From assembly GCA_903855995.1 (NCBI GenBank), contig CAIOAN010000013.1:78875-142874 (forward strand): a stretch of 64,000 nucleotides of DNA, read 5' to 3'. Below the pieces are notes generated by a model, which did no database searches, was not told where the DNA came from, and was given only the letters and a program-made list of their open reading frames with translations. The stretch comes from an uncultured Opitutia bacterium. Lineage in GTDB: Bacteria; Verrucomicrobiota; Verrucomicrobiia; Opitutales; UBA953. Below are positions 9,976 to 19,755 of the stretch, one piece after another. The translations under genes were made by a program, and so were the position numbers. Numbering within the stretch: the first letter of the stretch is position 1; each line of letters begins with the position of its first letter.

Positions 9976-10760
9976 GGGGCGGACCTGAAAAGGGTCTCTT
10001 TAGACATAAAAAATAACTCCAATTGGCGAGTTAATTTTCGGACCGCCATCGGCCTGACTTCGCCGTTCACCGCGTCGGCCCAAATCTCGGGCGGCATCGG
10101 CTCGAGGACAATCAACTCTAGCTCGAAACGTCGATCAGGGACATGATACCATGATTGCCCCTTGAGGAGGGAGTCGGGACGGCAGCGGATGATGACGGGG
10201 AGGATGGGCTTACCCGAGGCGAGCAATAAGTGTGCGGGGCCACGCTGGAAAACCATCGGCTGCCCTGGCGTCGTCCGAGTGCCCTCCGGGAAGATGATGA
10301 GCGGCTGGCCGGCCTCCATGGTCCGCCGGCAATCCTCGACGAGTCGATCAGGCTCGCCATTCTCGATGTAGCCTGCCGAACGGAGCGTACGACCAAGGGC
10401 TAACTTCCGGAACAAGGCCGACTTGATCACGCAGTTTGCCTGTGGGATCAAGCCCATGAGCACGACGACATCGATGAGGGTGGGGTGGTTCGCCAAGACG
10501 AGCACGCCTCCGGCGTCGCGTAGCCTCTCGACGCCATCCACCTTGAGGCGCATGCAACCGGTATGCTCAATGAGCCAAGTCATGAACCGAAAGAACTTCT
10601 GTACAAAGAAGCGGGTGCGTCGACGCAGGACCTGCTGATCACGCGTCAGGAGACAAAGCAAGGGCAGGAAACCGCAAGAAAGGCACAACGAACCAGACGT
10701 GAACATCAGGAAGCAGAATCCCGTGGCGAGGATTCGCCAGATTCGTCCTGCATTAAGCAT
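9972..10760 (-). CDS. lysophospholipid (PlsC-type) acyltransferase
   Basis: HX4D-type motif LANHPTLIDVV and FPEGTRT. Start placed at the Met at 10760 (cat at 10758-10760), overlapping the upstream stop (tta 10753-10755). The ORF to 10820 is the alternative. Confidence 0.75.
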   Translation of the reverse strand: MLNAGRIWRILATGFCFLMFTSGSLCLSCGFLPLLCLLTRDQQVLRRRTRFFVQKFFRFMTWLIEHTGCMRLKVDGVERLRDAGGVLVLANHPTLIDVVVLMGLIPQANCVIKSALFRKLALGRTLRSAGYIENGEPDRLVEDCRRTMEAGQPLIIFPEGTRTTPGQPMVFQRGPAHLLLASGKPILPVIIRCRPDSLLKGQSWYHVPDRRFELELIVLEPMPPEIWADAVNGEVRPMAVRKLTRQLELFFMSKETLFRSAP

Positions 10761-11430
10761 GCGGCTCCAGCCTCCAGGCACGGTGCGCCCGCGTCCAGCT
10801 GCCTCCTTCGCGCAAGGCACTGGCGAGCGCGGCTAAGGCGTGGCTTGCCGTTGGCTCCTCAGCGCTGTCTTGACTCAGGGAGTATTCCTTGCCGCCGGCG
10901 CCGACCAAGACGGCCAAGGCACGAATCGGCGTCGGATCGGGCACGCCATGCCTCAATAGCGCTGGCACCGGGGCGTCGGCGCAGATAAATAAGACCGGCT
11001 TACCAAGGTCAAGATGCGTGAGCGCGGCTTCCAGCAAGCCACACCAGCAGGACTCTTCGCCGGCCGACAACGCGACGGAAGGCGAAACATCCTTTCGCGC
11101 GATCGAATAGATGCCTGGCGTAGAATTAAGTACCGATAGAGCGAAGGACGCCGGGGATGGTCCGTCGACACTCTCCAGCCGGAGGCTCTCCATCAGACCC
11201 AAAGTCCGCGTGAGCTCGCCATGCTGGCTGGCATAGACGACCCGGACCGGACCGATGTCACCCGCACAGATATCCGCTACGGCCAACGCCGCCCTGCCCT
11301 GCGGGCTTAGCCGACGCCGCAGCAGTGGATCGACCGAATTAAGTTCGGGCAAAGCGTTTGCCGCGCCTTCCCAGTAATGCCAACGGACTACGGGAAACCG
11401 TAGACTCTGCAGAGACACCACAGAGCTCAC
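10753..11430 (-). CDS. KS-like protein without recognisable active-site Cys (chain-length-factor-like)
   Basis: 225 aa. Position and size match the short KS-like partner found in aryl-polyene clusters. No catalytic CxS/HGT motifs seen. Confidence 0.5.
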   Translation of the reverse strand: MSSVVSLQSLRFPVVRWHYWEGAANALPELNSVDPLLRRRLSPQGRAALAVADICAGDIGPVRVVYASQHGELTRTLGLMESLRLESVDGPSPASFALSVLNSTPGIYSIARKDVSPSVALSAGEESCWCGLLEAALTHLDLGKPVLFICADAPVPALLRHGVPDPTPIRALAVLVGAGGKEYSLSQDSAEEPTASHALAALASALREGGSWTRAHRAWRLEPHA

Positions 11431-11879
11431 GGTTGGACGGGTGTCTGTGAGCGGAGCGGATAATGGAGGAGCAACTCGGCGAAAACCGGATCCAGCTTGG
11501 TTTCGACGTGCTGGAACTTGGTCAACGCCAACCCGCCCTTCGCCCGCAAATGATACTCAGCGTGGCCGACGAGGTCGCTGCGGTGATGCACCCAGAACTC
11601 GGCTGACGAGAGATAGGTCGTCACATCCCATGAGCGTAAGGCCGTGTAGGTGACCACATACGCGTCACCGGCAGTATCCGATTCCTTGATCACCCTCGTG
11701 GCGATGCCTCGAGACTCGAAACTCTTTATTACGTAAGGCAGGAAACCATCCATCGTGACCTTCGGATTTTCCCGGACCAAGACTTCCTTCACACCGGGAG
11801 CCAGCGGCTCCACTGTCACTGAAGTGCAACCGACGGAGGCGAAAGCGACGAGCAGGCTGAGATAAGAAATGAGACGCAT
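11427..11879 (-). CDS. lipoprotein, unknown function
   Basis: Internal Met gives MRLISYLSLLVAFASVGCTS (signal peptide plus lipobox Cys). The longer ORF to 11963 would overlap the next gene. Confidence 0.5.
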   Translation of the reverse strand: MRLISYLSLLVAFASVGCTSVTVEPLAPGVKEVLVRENPKVTMDGFLPYVIKSFESRGIATRVIKESDTAGDAYVVTYTALRSWDVTTYLSSAEFWVHHRSDLVGHAEYHLRAKGGLALTKFQHVETKLDPVFAELLLHYPLRSQTPVQP

Positions 11880-11931
11880 GGTTAGAGAAGATTTGCGGGC
11901 GACGGGAGACACATTGCCGTTGACTTTACTA

Positions 11932-12285
11932 TTACCGAGTCCGGGTCGGTGCCACGTTACCACCGACAGCGACTCCGGCGATATAAACGATGGTAACTTT
12001 AAACTTACCAGGCGTCGCGGTGGTAGTATCCTCCTTGGTCTCGACGCCGTTCACTAGCTTGGTCACTGATTTACGCGAAGTCTTCGCAGCGGGGATGTAA
12101 ACCACCGTCTCCTTATTGCCGTCGACTGAAGTACTGACGGGCGCGCCAAACTCACGCACGACATCCGCCTTCGAGGCCTTTCGCGCTACCAGATCATCAA
12201 TAGTCTGGGCATACTGACGGTCATGATGATGACAGCCGACAAAAAGGAACATTATGACTAGGATGGCGAAGGGGCGTAAGCTCAT
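11932..12285 (-). CDS. lipoprotein, unknown function
   Basis: MSLRPFAILVIMFLFVGCHH gives a signal peptide plus lipobox. Confidence 0.5.
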   Translation of the reverse strand: MSLRPFAILVIMFLFVGCHHHDRQYAQTIDDLVARKASKADVVREFGAPVSTSVDGNKETVVYIPAAKTSRKSVTKLVNGVETKEDTTTATPGKFKVTIVYIAGVAVGGNVAPTRTR

Positions 12286-12366
12286 GGGCCCATAAAAAAC
12301 CCCTCGTCATTCCTTGCAAACTTTTAGCATATTTGACATTTAATATATTACGACCTACGGTCCGAC

Positions 12367-12984
12367 ATGCGTCCGAGGCGTGCCATCGGCTGGTTCTTAT
12401 TGCTTTATTCCATCGTCCCGCACGCCTGGGCCTCGCCCCCCGTCATGCTGGATGAAACGGCGTGTCGCGAGGCGTTCGCCGCAATCGAACGGCCTCCCTT
12501 GCTCCGGGCCGAATTCACCCAGGAGAAGACCCTGCCGGACGTCGCCCGGCCGCTCCGCGCTAAAGGCGAGCTACTTGTCTCCGCCGAACTGGGCGTAATC
12601 CTTCGCACCCTGAGTCCGGAGTTCGCCCGCTCGACTAAGGTCATGCCGCTTTCTCGACCGAACACCGACCGACCAGGCATCGAAGCCCGGATCAGCCGGA
12701 TGATCCGGGCCGTGCTCATCGGAGAATACGGTCCACTCGCCGAGTTCTTCTCCGCCAAAGGTCGCCGCGATGGTGCGCAACTCCACCTCACTCTCACACC
12801 GAAATCGGCCGAAGTCCGTTCGGCCCTCCAATCAATCGAACTGCGATTCGGGACCTACCTCGAACAGGTCGACATCAACGAAGCCGCCGGCAGCAAGGTG
12901 CGCCTGATGTTCTCCGGCTTCCGCCCGACGCCCGACCTCTCCGCCGACGAGCGACGTAGCTTTGCGGAAGCCGACGAGCGATGA
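12367..12984 (+). CDS. LolA-like outer-membrane lipoprotein carrier family protein
   Basis: 205 aa with a signal peptide. Sits immediately upstream of, and overlapping, the MMPL exporter, as in aryl-polyene clusters. Assignment rests mainly on context. Confidence 0.5.
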   Translation: MRPRRAIGWFLLLYSIVPHAWASPPVMLDETACREAFAAIERPPLLRAEFTQEKTLPDVARPLRAKGELLVSAELGVILRTLSPEFARSTKVMPLSRPNTDRPGIEARISRMIRAVLIGEYGPLAEFFSAKGRRDGAQLHLTLTPKSAEVRSALQSIELRFGTYLEQVDINEAAGSKVRLMFSGFRPTPDLSADERRSFAEADER

Positions 12985-15308
12985 TCCGCCACCACTGGCT
13001 CACCCTCTGGCTCCTCCTGCTCGGGGCTGTCGCCGCTTGGACCGCCCAACGTCTTAGCCAGGGACAAGCGGTGCGCTCCGACCTGCTCGCCCTGCTGCCC
13101 CGGGCTTCCGAACAGACGCCGGTCCAAGCCGCACTGGAACACCTAGCCGCCTCTGGCGCCAACCGCGCCTTCCTCCTCGTCTCGTCGCCAAACCTACCGG
13201 CCGCGATCGTCGCCACCGACGAGGTCGCCGCCTCGCTGCGCGACTCCGGGGCCTTCGCCAAGGTGATCGCCAAGCTGCCGCCCCCACAAGGCAAGGCGGT
13301 GCTGGCCTTCTTCCAGCACGCGGCTCCGATACTCGCGCCGACCCAGGCTACGGCCGACCTCCCTCGACGTTTCTTCGAACGGAGTTACGGGACCTTCTCC
13401 ACCACGGGCACGCTCAGCCTCGCCGACGACCCCTTTGGCTTCGCCGACGACCACCTCCGTTCCCTCCCTTGGCCGCAAGTGGCCCTCACCTGGCAGGATG
13501 GCTATCTTACCGCGAAAACGCCTGAGCACGTCTCCGTCCTCGTCATCCTTGAACTCCGACCCAACATCGGCGAATACACGGCGCAGCTGGCCGTGGCCAA
13601 AGCCGTCGACCAGGCCGAGCGCGACCTGCGCAGACGGATTCCAGCCGCCTCCGTGAACCGCCTGGGCGGGGTCTTCTACGCCGAAGCCGCCCAAACGGGC
13701 GCCCGCCACGACACCGATCTCATCAGCATAGGCTCGGTGCTCGGCGTCGTGCTCCTGATGCTGCTGGTCTTCCGCTCGATCGCTATGCTCGCCACCGCCC
13801 TCGCCAGCATCGCCGCCGGCGTCGTCGGCGGCACCGCCGCGGTGCTCCTCGTCTTTGGCGAAATCCATCTGCTCACCTTGGTCTTTGGCGTCAGCCTGAT
13901 CGGCGAGTCCGCCGACTACTCGATCCAATTAGTCTCCGCCAAGCTCTCGGACGATGAAGAGCGCGTCACGGGCTGGCTTGGACGCGTCCTTCCCGGGCTG
14001 GGCATGGCGCTGGGCACCAGTCTACTTGGCTACGCCGCGATGACGCTCGTCCCCCTGCCCTCGATCCGGCAGATTGCGGTCTTCGCCCTCACTGGCCTCG
14101 CCACGGCGTTCGCGACCGTCGTGCTGCTCGGCCCCACCGCGACCGGCGTCCTCCGCGGAGGTAAGGTCTCCGCTGTCTTCGGCGACCTGGCGGAGATGGT
14201 CCGCTCCCTCGGTCGCCGCCTTGGATCGAAGTCTGTTGCCGCCGGTGTGCTCGCCGTTGTCGTCGGCCTCTGCCTCGGCTCAACCATCCGGACGGACGAT
14301 GACGTCCGCAGCCTGATCAATCGCCCACCCGAACTTCTGCGCCAAGAAGCCGTCGTCACCCAGACGCTCGGCGCCGGCATGTCACCGCAGTTCATCCTGC
14401 TCCACCCGGCGGCCGGCACTGATGAAGCGTGCTTGCAGAAAGCCGAAGCTCTGCACGCACGTCTCGTCCGCTGCCGCGAGGCCGGTCAGCTCGGCGGCTG
14501 GATCTCACTGGCCAACCTGACCCCTTCAATCAGCCGACAGGAAGAAGCGCTCACCGCCTATCGACGCGAGCTCTCACGGGAAAGGACGGAACTGGAAACA
14601 GCGTTCAACGAGATCGGCTTTACCCCGAAGCCCGGATTCTGGACAGCCGAAGCAACTCCATTGTCGTTGAGCGACTTCATGGCCTTGCCGGAATCCACGC
14701 CGTTCCGTCACCTGCGCTTCCGGCATGAAGGTAAGTGGTGCCACCTCGTGACGTTACGTGACGTCACCGACTCTGACCAGGTCCGCACCACCCTTGCGGA
14801 CGAAGCGGACATCACCTTCGTGGACAAGGCGACGAGCATCAGCCGACTCCTAGCAGAAGTTCGCCGACCAGGCCCCCTCTGGATCGCCTTGGCCTTCCTC
14901 TTGGCGCTCTCCGTGCTCGCCACCCGCTACGGCGTGCGGCGCGGGGCGCTCCTCCTCCTCCCAACCGCGATCGGCGTGGCCTGGGCCCCCGTACTGGCCG
15001 CTTGGGTCGGCGTGCCTGCCTCAGTTTTCGGCCTCATGGCGCTCCTGCTCGTCCTCGGCGTCGGCGTGAATTACTCAATCTTCCTCTGGGAAGGCGGCGC
15101 CCGCTCGCGCTCAGCCCTCGCCGGGGTCATCGCCTCCTGCCTCACCACCCTCCTCTCCTTCGGGCTCCTCGCCTTCTGCTCCATGCCGGCCCTGAGCTGG
15201 CTGGGCACCACGCTCAGCTTTGGCATCCTGGTTTCCTTCCTGCTGACGCCCTTGGCCCTCAGTGCGCCGGCGCCGCACGCCGCCGACGCCGCCCCAGGCC
15301 CCCGTTGA
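12981..15308 (+). CDS. MMPL/RND-superfamily membrane exporter
   Basis: 775 aa with two blocks of ~5-6 hydrophobic helices separated by soluble loops. Typical exporter of this cluster type. Confidence 0.8.
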   Translation: MIRHHWLTLWLLLLGAVAAWTAQRLSQGQAVRSDLLALLPRASEQTPVQAALEHLAASGANRAFLLVSSPNLPAAIVATDEVAASLRDSGAFAKVIAKLPPPQGKAVLAFFQHAAPILAPTQATADLPRRFFERSYGTFSTTGTLSLADDPFGFADDHLRSLPWPQVALTWQDGYLTAKTPEHVSVLVILELRPNIGEYTAQLAVAKAVDQAERDLRRRIPAASVNRLGGVFYAEAAQTGARHDTDLISIGSVLGVVLLMLLVFRSIAMLATALASIAAGVVGGTAAVLLVFGEIHLLTLVFGVSLIGESADYSIQLVSAKLSDDEERVTGWLGRVLPGLGMALGTSLLGYAAMTLVPLPSIRQIAVFALTGLATAFATVVLLGPTATGVLRGGKVSAVFGDLAEMVRSLGRRLGSKSVAAGVLAVVVGLCLGSTIRTDDDVRSLINRPPELLRQEAVVTQTLGAGMSPQFILLHPAAGTDEACLQKAEALHARLVRCREAGQLGGWISLANLTPSISRQEEALTAYRRELSRERTELETAFNEIGFTPKPGFWTAEATPLSLSDFMALPESTPFRHLRFRHEGKWCHLVTLRDVTDSDQVRTTLADEADITFVDKATSISRLLAEVRRPGPLWIALAFLLALSVLATRYGVRRGALLLLPTAIGVAWAPVLAAWVGVPASVFGLMALLLVLGVGVNYSIFLWEGGARSRSALAGVIASCLTTLLSFGLLAFCSMPALSWLGTTLSFGILVSFLLTPLALSAPAPHAADAAPGPR

Positions 15309-15351
15309 AAACATTGGATAGGCGTGGTCTTTAATAAAAACATTACTAGTC

Positions 15352-15669
15352 ATGCGCCACCCCTTCGCCTTGTTTGGTGCCCTGCTCTCTATGTGCTTCG
15401 TCGGTTGCTCCGGCGGCCCGAGCCATATCGAAGGCATCTCCGAAGGCATGAACAAGGCAGACGTCGTCGCGGTGCTGGGCGAACCGCGCACGGCTTCGAC
15501 TGTCACGGGCTCCGAGTACCTGACCTTTAAGGTGTGGCGCAGCTTCTGGCGTCGGCAGCCCGGTAATTATCGCGACATTCACTACGTAAAGTTTACGGGC
15601 GGACGCGTGGTGGAGTACGGCGACATTCGGACCCTTCCCGAGAATATCCGTAGTCAGCTGAAGGAATGA
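15352..15669 (+). CDS. small lipoprotein (SmpA/OmlA/BamE-like)
   Basis: MRHPFALFGALLSMCFVGCSG lipobox, followed by GMNKADVVAVLGEP, which is typical of SmpA_OmlA-like domains. Confidence 0.55.
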   Translation: MRHPFALFGALLSMCFVGCSGGPSHIEGISEGMNKADVVAVLGEPRTASTVTGSEYLTFKVWRSFWRRQPGNYRDIHYVKFTGGRVVEYGDIRTLPENIRSQLKE

Positions 15670-16360
15670 ACGATCGGATCCTGTTGCAGCTGTCTAGTCA
15701 TCATCATCGTCCTGGGCCTCGCCTTCTTTGCCTTCGTCCCCCGCTGAGCCAGGTAGGGATGCGATGACATCGCATCCGCTGTATCCGGTAGGGTCGGGGC
15801 CGCGTCACGACATAGTTGTAGCTCACGGCTGTTCTTAGTTCTTGGTTCGTAGTTTTTGGTTATTTCAGGCCGCTGTATCGTGGTAGGGGTAGCACCGCGT
15901 GCTGCCCTAGCTGTATCAAGGTAGGGACGCGTCGGCGCACGCGTCCGCCTTGATCCACGGTCGCGACACCGTCGCGCCCCTACCACTCCCGCCACCTACC
16001 AACCGAAACGATACATTCACTCAAAGGGAAACCGGAAACCGGGATTAATGCTTCGGGCATGATTCATTCCAGGTGACGGGTGACGGCCACAGTGGTCAGC
16101 CTTTCGGGTGTCAGCCGTTCAGCCTTCAGCCGCCGGGTGCCGGGTGCCAGCTCCCGATGGCCGAACGGCCGATTCCTGAACTCCCGATGCCCGTGCCCGT
16201 CACGCGTCACCTGAATCGCTGCAGCTTTCTGATCAACCGAGCCTCTAAGCCGCGGGCCTCTCGTTTGAATCCCTTGCCAACGTGTCAACTTGCCAGCGTG
16301 CCCCTCGCGCAAGCGCGTGTCCCCTTGCGCTTATAGCGCAGGCCCCCATTCATAAGCGCC
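15670..16360. repeat. mosaic intergenic repeat block (left island border)
   Basis: GTAG-headed hairpins at 15752-15777, 15882-15910, 15920-15946 and 15959-15984. Stuttered words ggtgacgggtgacgg (16072-16086) and gggtgccgggtgcc (16135-16148). Inverted copy of the gaggcc..ggctcggttgatcag module at 16229-16260. Confidence 0.85.
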
Positions 16361-18250
16361 ATGTCCGCCCCTGCCCTCTCCAAATCTCTCTTCAAACTGG
16401 GGCTGTCGTGTCCGATCAAGCTGAAGCATGCGCTGGTCCGTCCGGCCCTGCCCCGTAAGTCCGATGAGGATGAGTACATGCAGATGCTCGCCCGCGGTGG
16501 CTACATGTTCGAGAAGCTGGTCCGCATCTACCACCCCGGCGAAGATATGTATGTGCCCAAGGAAAGCCATGCGGCCGCCTCGGCGCGGACGCTGGCCAAA
16601 ATCAAAGCGGGCGACTGCACCCTGCACGAGACGACCTTCACCCACGGCGACCTGATGGCCCGGACGGATATGATCCGCGTCCACGGCTCGTTCATGGACC
16701 TGATCGAAATCAAATCCGCCTCCGCCGAAGCCGATGCCCAGCTCGAGACAGAGGCGACCACCCTCAACACGAAAGCCTGGCAGCCGTACGTCATCGACCT
16801 CGCTTTCCAAGTCCATGTCGCCGGACTCGCCCTCAAGGCCGCCGGCATCGATAAGACGATTCGCGCCTGGTTCTACCTGCCGAACAAGAACGGCATCGCC
16901 AACGCCGAAGAATGCCGCGGGCTCTTCTCCATCACCGAACAAAGTTCCGGTGGCCGCCCCGAGGTCGTGTACAAAGGCAACGCCAAGGCCGGCGATGCCT
17001 CCTCCCTGATTGCGATCATCGACGCCACGGAAGCCGTCGCGAGCGCCCACCCGCAGGAACACTCGATCGCCGAGGCTACCGCTACCCTCAGTGGCTTTGC
17101 CGAAGGCCACCGCTGGCCAAGCCCAGAGCTCGGGCTGAAATGCAAGTCGTGCGAATTCAACGTCCCTGGCCAGACCTCTGGCTACGACCTCTGCTGGGGC
17201 ACCCAAGCCCGCGCCGAGCACCACCTCTTCACGCTCGGCTTCCTCGGTAATCTAGAGCGCGGCAATCCCGGCACAATCCAGCGCATCATTGCGCAGGCCG
17301 CTCCGCGCGCACCGCAGATTACCGACCTGCAAGACGATGACATCGTCGGCGACGGCAAATTGCAGCGCACCTGGAAACGTCAGATCATGGCCGTGCGCAC
17401 GGGACGTCCGTTCCTCTCGCCCGAACTTGCCAAGAACCCCGCCGGCCTAATGCGCTGCCTGCCCGAGCACTACCCGCTATTCTTCCTCGATTACGAAGGC
17501 ACGCGCTGGGCCCTGCCCTCCGCCCCAGGTTGCCGCCCCTACGGGCAAGTCGCCTTCCAATGGAGCTGCCACGTCATCGATAACCCGGGTGCCTCACCTC
17601 GGCACGTCGAGTGGCTCGACACTGAATCCGAGAACCCCAACGTCGGCTTCCTCGAATCCCTCCGCCGCGTCCTCGGCGAACAAGGCACCATCTACCACTG
17701 GTCCAGTTACGAGATCACAATCACCCAGGAACTCGCCGACGAAATTCGGGGCGACGCCTCCAAGGCCGACCTCGTCTCGTGGGTGGATCGCAATTGGGGA
17801 ACGCCCGGCAGCAAGAAGACCGCGGTGAAGAGTGAGCGCACCCTTGATCTCCTCGAGATCTCGCGCGGCCATTTCTATGACCCAGCCATGAAGGGCAGCC
17901 ACTCCATCAAAGCCGTCCTGCCTGTGATCTGGAAGAATCCCGCCATCCAGAAACTCTTCCCCAAGTACGCCGTCGACCAGCACGGTAAGGCCGTCAAGAA
18001 CCCGTACGAGGCCCTGCCCGCTCTCACCTTAGAGGATTCCGCCAAAGGCAGCCCCATCGACCTCACCCAGTTCGAGGCCATGGACATCGTCAAGAACGGT
18101 ACCGGCGCCATGCGTGCCTATGAGCATGTCCGCTATGGCCTCGCCGCTGGTCAGCCCGCCGAACGTAAAGCCATCCGCCGACAACTCATGCGCTACTGCG
18201 AACTCGACACCGCCGCCATGGTCATGATTTGGAAACATTGGTTGGGGTAA
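16361..18250 (+). CDS. DUF2779-family protein (Cas4-like PD-(D/E)XK nuclease N-half + DEDD-exonuclease-like C-half)
   Basis: 629 aa. Motifs LSKSLFKLGLSCPIKL, DLIEIKS, Cys cluster CKSCEF...LCW, then FFLDYEG and VAFQWSCH as in DUF2779 proteins. Confidence 0.7.
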   Translation: MSAPALSKSLFKLGLSCPIKLKHALVRPALPRKSDEDEYMQMLARGGYMFEKLVRIYHPGEDMYVPKESHAAASARTLAKIKAGDCTLHETTFTHGDLMARTDMIRVHGSFMDLIEIKSASAEADAQLETEATTLNTKAWQPYVIDLAFQVHVAGLALKAAGIDKTIRAWFYLPNKNGIANAEECRGLFSITEQSSGGRPEVVYKGNAKAGDASSLIAIIDATEAVASAHPQEHSIAEATATLSGFAEGHRWPSPELGLKCKSCEFNVPGQTSGYDLCWGTQARAEHHLFTLGFLGNLERGNPGTIQRIIAQAAPRAPQITDLQDDDIVGDGKLQRTWKRQIMAVRTGRPFLSPELAKNPAGLMRCLPEHYPLFFLDYEGTRWALPSAPGCRPYGQVAFQWSCHVIDNPGASPRHVEWLDTESENPNVGFLESLRRVLGEQGTIYHWSSYEITITQELADEIRGDASKADLVSWVDRNWGTPGSKKTAVKSERTLDLLEISRGHFYDPAMKGSHSIKAVLPVIWKNPAIQKLFPKYAVDQHGKAVKNPYEALPALTLEDSAKGSPIDLTQFEAMDIVKNGTGAMRAYEHVRYGLAAGQPAERKAIRRQLMRYCELDTAAMVMIWKHWLG

Positions 18251-18561
18251 ACCCCAACCGGGGACATGCTGGCATGGTGACACGGGGACAAGCGCTTACG
18301 CGAGGGGACATGCTGGCAAGTTGACACGTTGACAAGGGATACAGCGATACAAGCAAGAGGCCCAGAGGCTCGGTTGAACAGAAGAACATCTTCGGGTCAC
18401 AGGTCTCGGCAATCGGGTATCAAGTGCGGGTCTTCAGGTTCGGGTACGGGTGCGGGCCCTGAACCTGTACCTGCACCCGAACACCTGAACCCGGGACCTG
18501 ACGGCCGAGACCCGAGACCCGAAAATGAAGGCCTTACCGCTGATGCGACGTCATCGCCTCC
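18251..18561. repeat. mosaic intergenic repeat block
   Basis: Words gggacatgctggca (x2), ttgacacgttgaca, gaggcccagaggctcggttgaacag (18358-18381), and ggttcgggtacgggtgcggg followed by its near-inverse. Confidence 0.8.
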
Positions 18562-18885
18562 CTACCTTAGATCCAGTTTGAGCTTCAATCCGACGATGCG
18601 AGCGTAGGCCTGAATATCGCCAAGGCTGAGGTCGGCATCTTGGCTATCCTCGATCTTGGAAATCCGGCTCTGGCTGCAACGAAGCTTGGCGGCCATCTGC
18701 GCCTGGGTGAGTCCAGCGGCCACGCGGGCTAAGATCAATTGGTCGATCAGCTTGGTCTTAGCCGAAAGCTGCCGCACAGCGTCCGCAACCCGGCGATAGC
18801 CATGTCCGCGAAGCATCTCGTCGACGCTACGATAGGTACGCGCAGATGCGGCTGGACGGCGGGAGATGGTCTTAAGTGAGGCCAT
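18562..18885 (-). CDS. XRE-family HTH antitoxin (HigA-like)
   Basis: 107 aa. HTH LTQAQMAAKLRCSQSRISKIE. Lies 2 nt downstream of the putative toxin gene. Confidence 0.75.
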   Translation of the reverse strand: MASLKTISRRPAASARTYRSVDEMLRGHGYRRVADAVRQLSAKTKLIDQLILARVAAGLTQAQMAAKLRCSQSRISKIEDSQDADLSLGDIQAYARIVGLKLKLDLR

Positions 18886-18887
18886 GG

Positions 18888-19253
18888 TCAGGAATTAAGG
18901 GTACGGGCGATGGGCGAAAGGTGGGCGAGGTCTGCTTTCTGGGAGGATTTATCGCCAATGCCGAGCAGATGTAAGGTCCGGGTATCGGCTTGGGCATAAC
19001 AGTAGAGGCGGGTCTCCTGCAGGCGCCCTGCCCCGCCGCGCTGATCGATCGCGACCATGCCGTGCGGCTCCGGGTGGAGGAAGCCGGCCTGGATTGTCCG
19101 AGCGTGGGGACTGTTTGCGAGAAGGGTCATGGTGCGTTCAAGGTTACGAAGGACGGCCGAAAGTTCCGCTGGCCGCTTCTTCGCATACCAACGCAGGTCG
19201 CGCAGGTAGGCCGAGTGTGGCAAGAGAACCCAGCTTTGTTCATCAGGAGACAT
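18888..19253 (-). CDS. RelE/HigB/Gp49-like toxin
   Basis: ~121 aa from ATG 19253 (GTG at 19289 is the alternative). Small basic protein directly upstream of an XRE antitoxin, i.e. the HigBA gene order. Sequence similarity judged by eye only. Confidence 0.55.
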   Translation of the reverse strand: MSPDEQSWVLLPHSAYLRDLRWYAKKRPAELSAVLRNLERTMTLLANSPHARTIQAGFLHPEPHGMVAIDQRGGAGRLQETRLYCYAQADTRTLHLLGIGDKSSQKADLAHLSPIARTLNS

Positions 19254-19320
19254 AGTTATTCGTTTTTGGAATAAAGTCAAGGGAGCCACGTGCCTTCAAT
19301 GGACACGCAAGCCTTCGCCT

Positions 19321-19359
19321 TTCTAAACGAAAGGGGGCGGCTTCTTCCGAAGCCGCCCC
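19321..19359 (-). terminator. intrinsic-terminator-like hairpin
   Basis: 11-bp perfect stem ggggcggcttc/gaagccgcccc (19334-19344 / 19349-19359) with a ttcc loop. On the minus strand it is followed by ctttcgttt. Confidence 0.4.
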
Positions 19360-19755
19360 ACGACCAGCCGCCGAATCGGCATGGAGGGATGTAAGGAAAG
19401 ATTGAGACATCAGTGGTGGGGAATCAAGCGCGATGAAATCGACAATGCGCCGAAGACTTCGCCAGGAGAATCTCGATCCAAAGGGGTCTTCGTCCTACAT
19501 AATAGCTGAGGCATTACCTCCCCTGTCTCTCTGCATTCCCAACCGCTAACCGCCAACACCTGATACAGGTAGGGCTGGCCATCCTTGGCCGGCCGCGGTC
19601 GAGCAAGGATGCTCGCCCCTACCCAATGACCTAGGGACTTTTCCGGCTTGAGTGTACGCAGACATTCGACACATTGAATTACGCAATGGGGTCTGGCATG
19701 AAAGGTAGCCTCACCATGGGCGGCTTTCCGCAAGGATAGTCCAGACCTCGCCCCT
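19360..19755. repeat. mosaic intergenic repeat block
   Basis: cccaaccgctaaccgccaacacc (19538-19560), a long GGTAGGG...CCCTACC hairpin at 19568-19624, and a 43-nt element at 19630-19672 shared with 58528-58570. Confidence 0.8.

Noticed and set aside
15670-16360. Possible CRISPR arrays in the repeat-filled spacers, here and at 18251-18561, 20326-20800, 56815-57497, 58224-58661, 59262-59626, 60356-60755 and 62885-63477.
   Set aside because: There is no constant repeat length or regular repeat/spacer period. The repeats are heterogeneous words and hairpins in both orientations, and no cas genes are present.
19410-19733. ORFs lying inside repeat blocks: 19410..19733 (-), 20373..20783 (+), 15654..15995 (-), 58441..58665 (-), 62893..63260 (-), 60277..60627 (-).
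   Set aside because: They are made almost entirely of the repeat vocabulary. Copies of the same repeats elsewhere are read in different frames, so the ORFs are by-products of GC-rich repeats.
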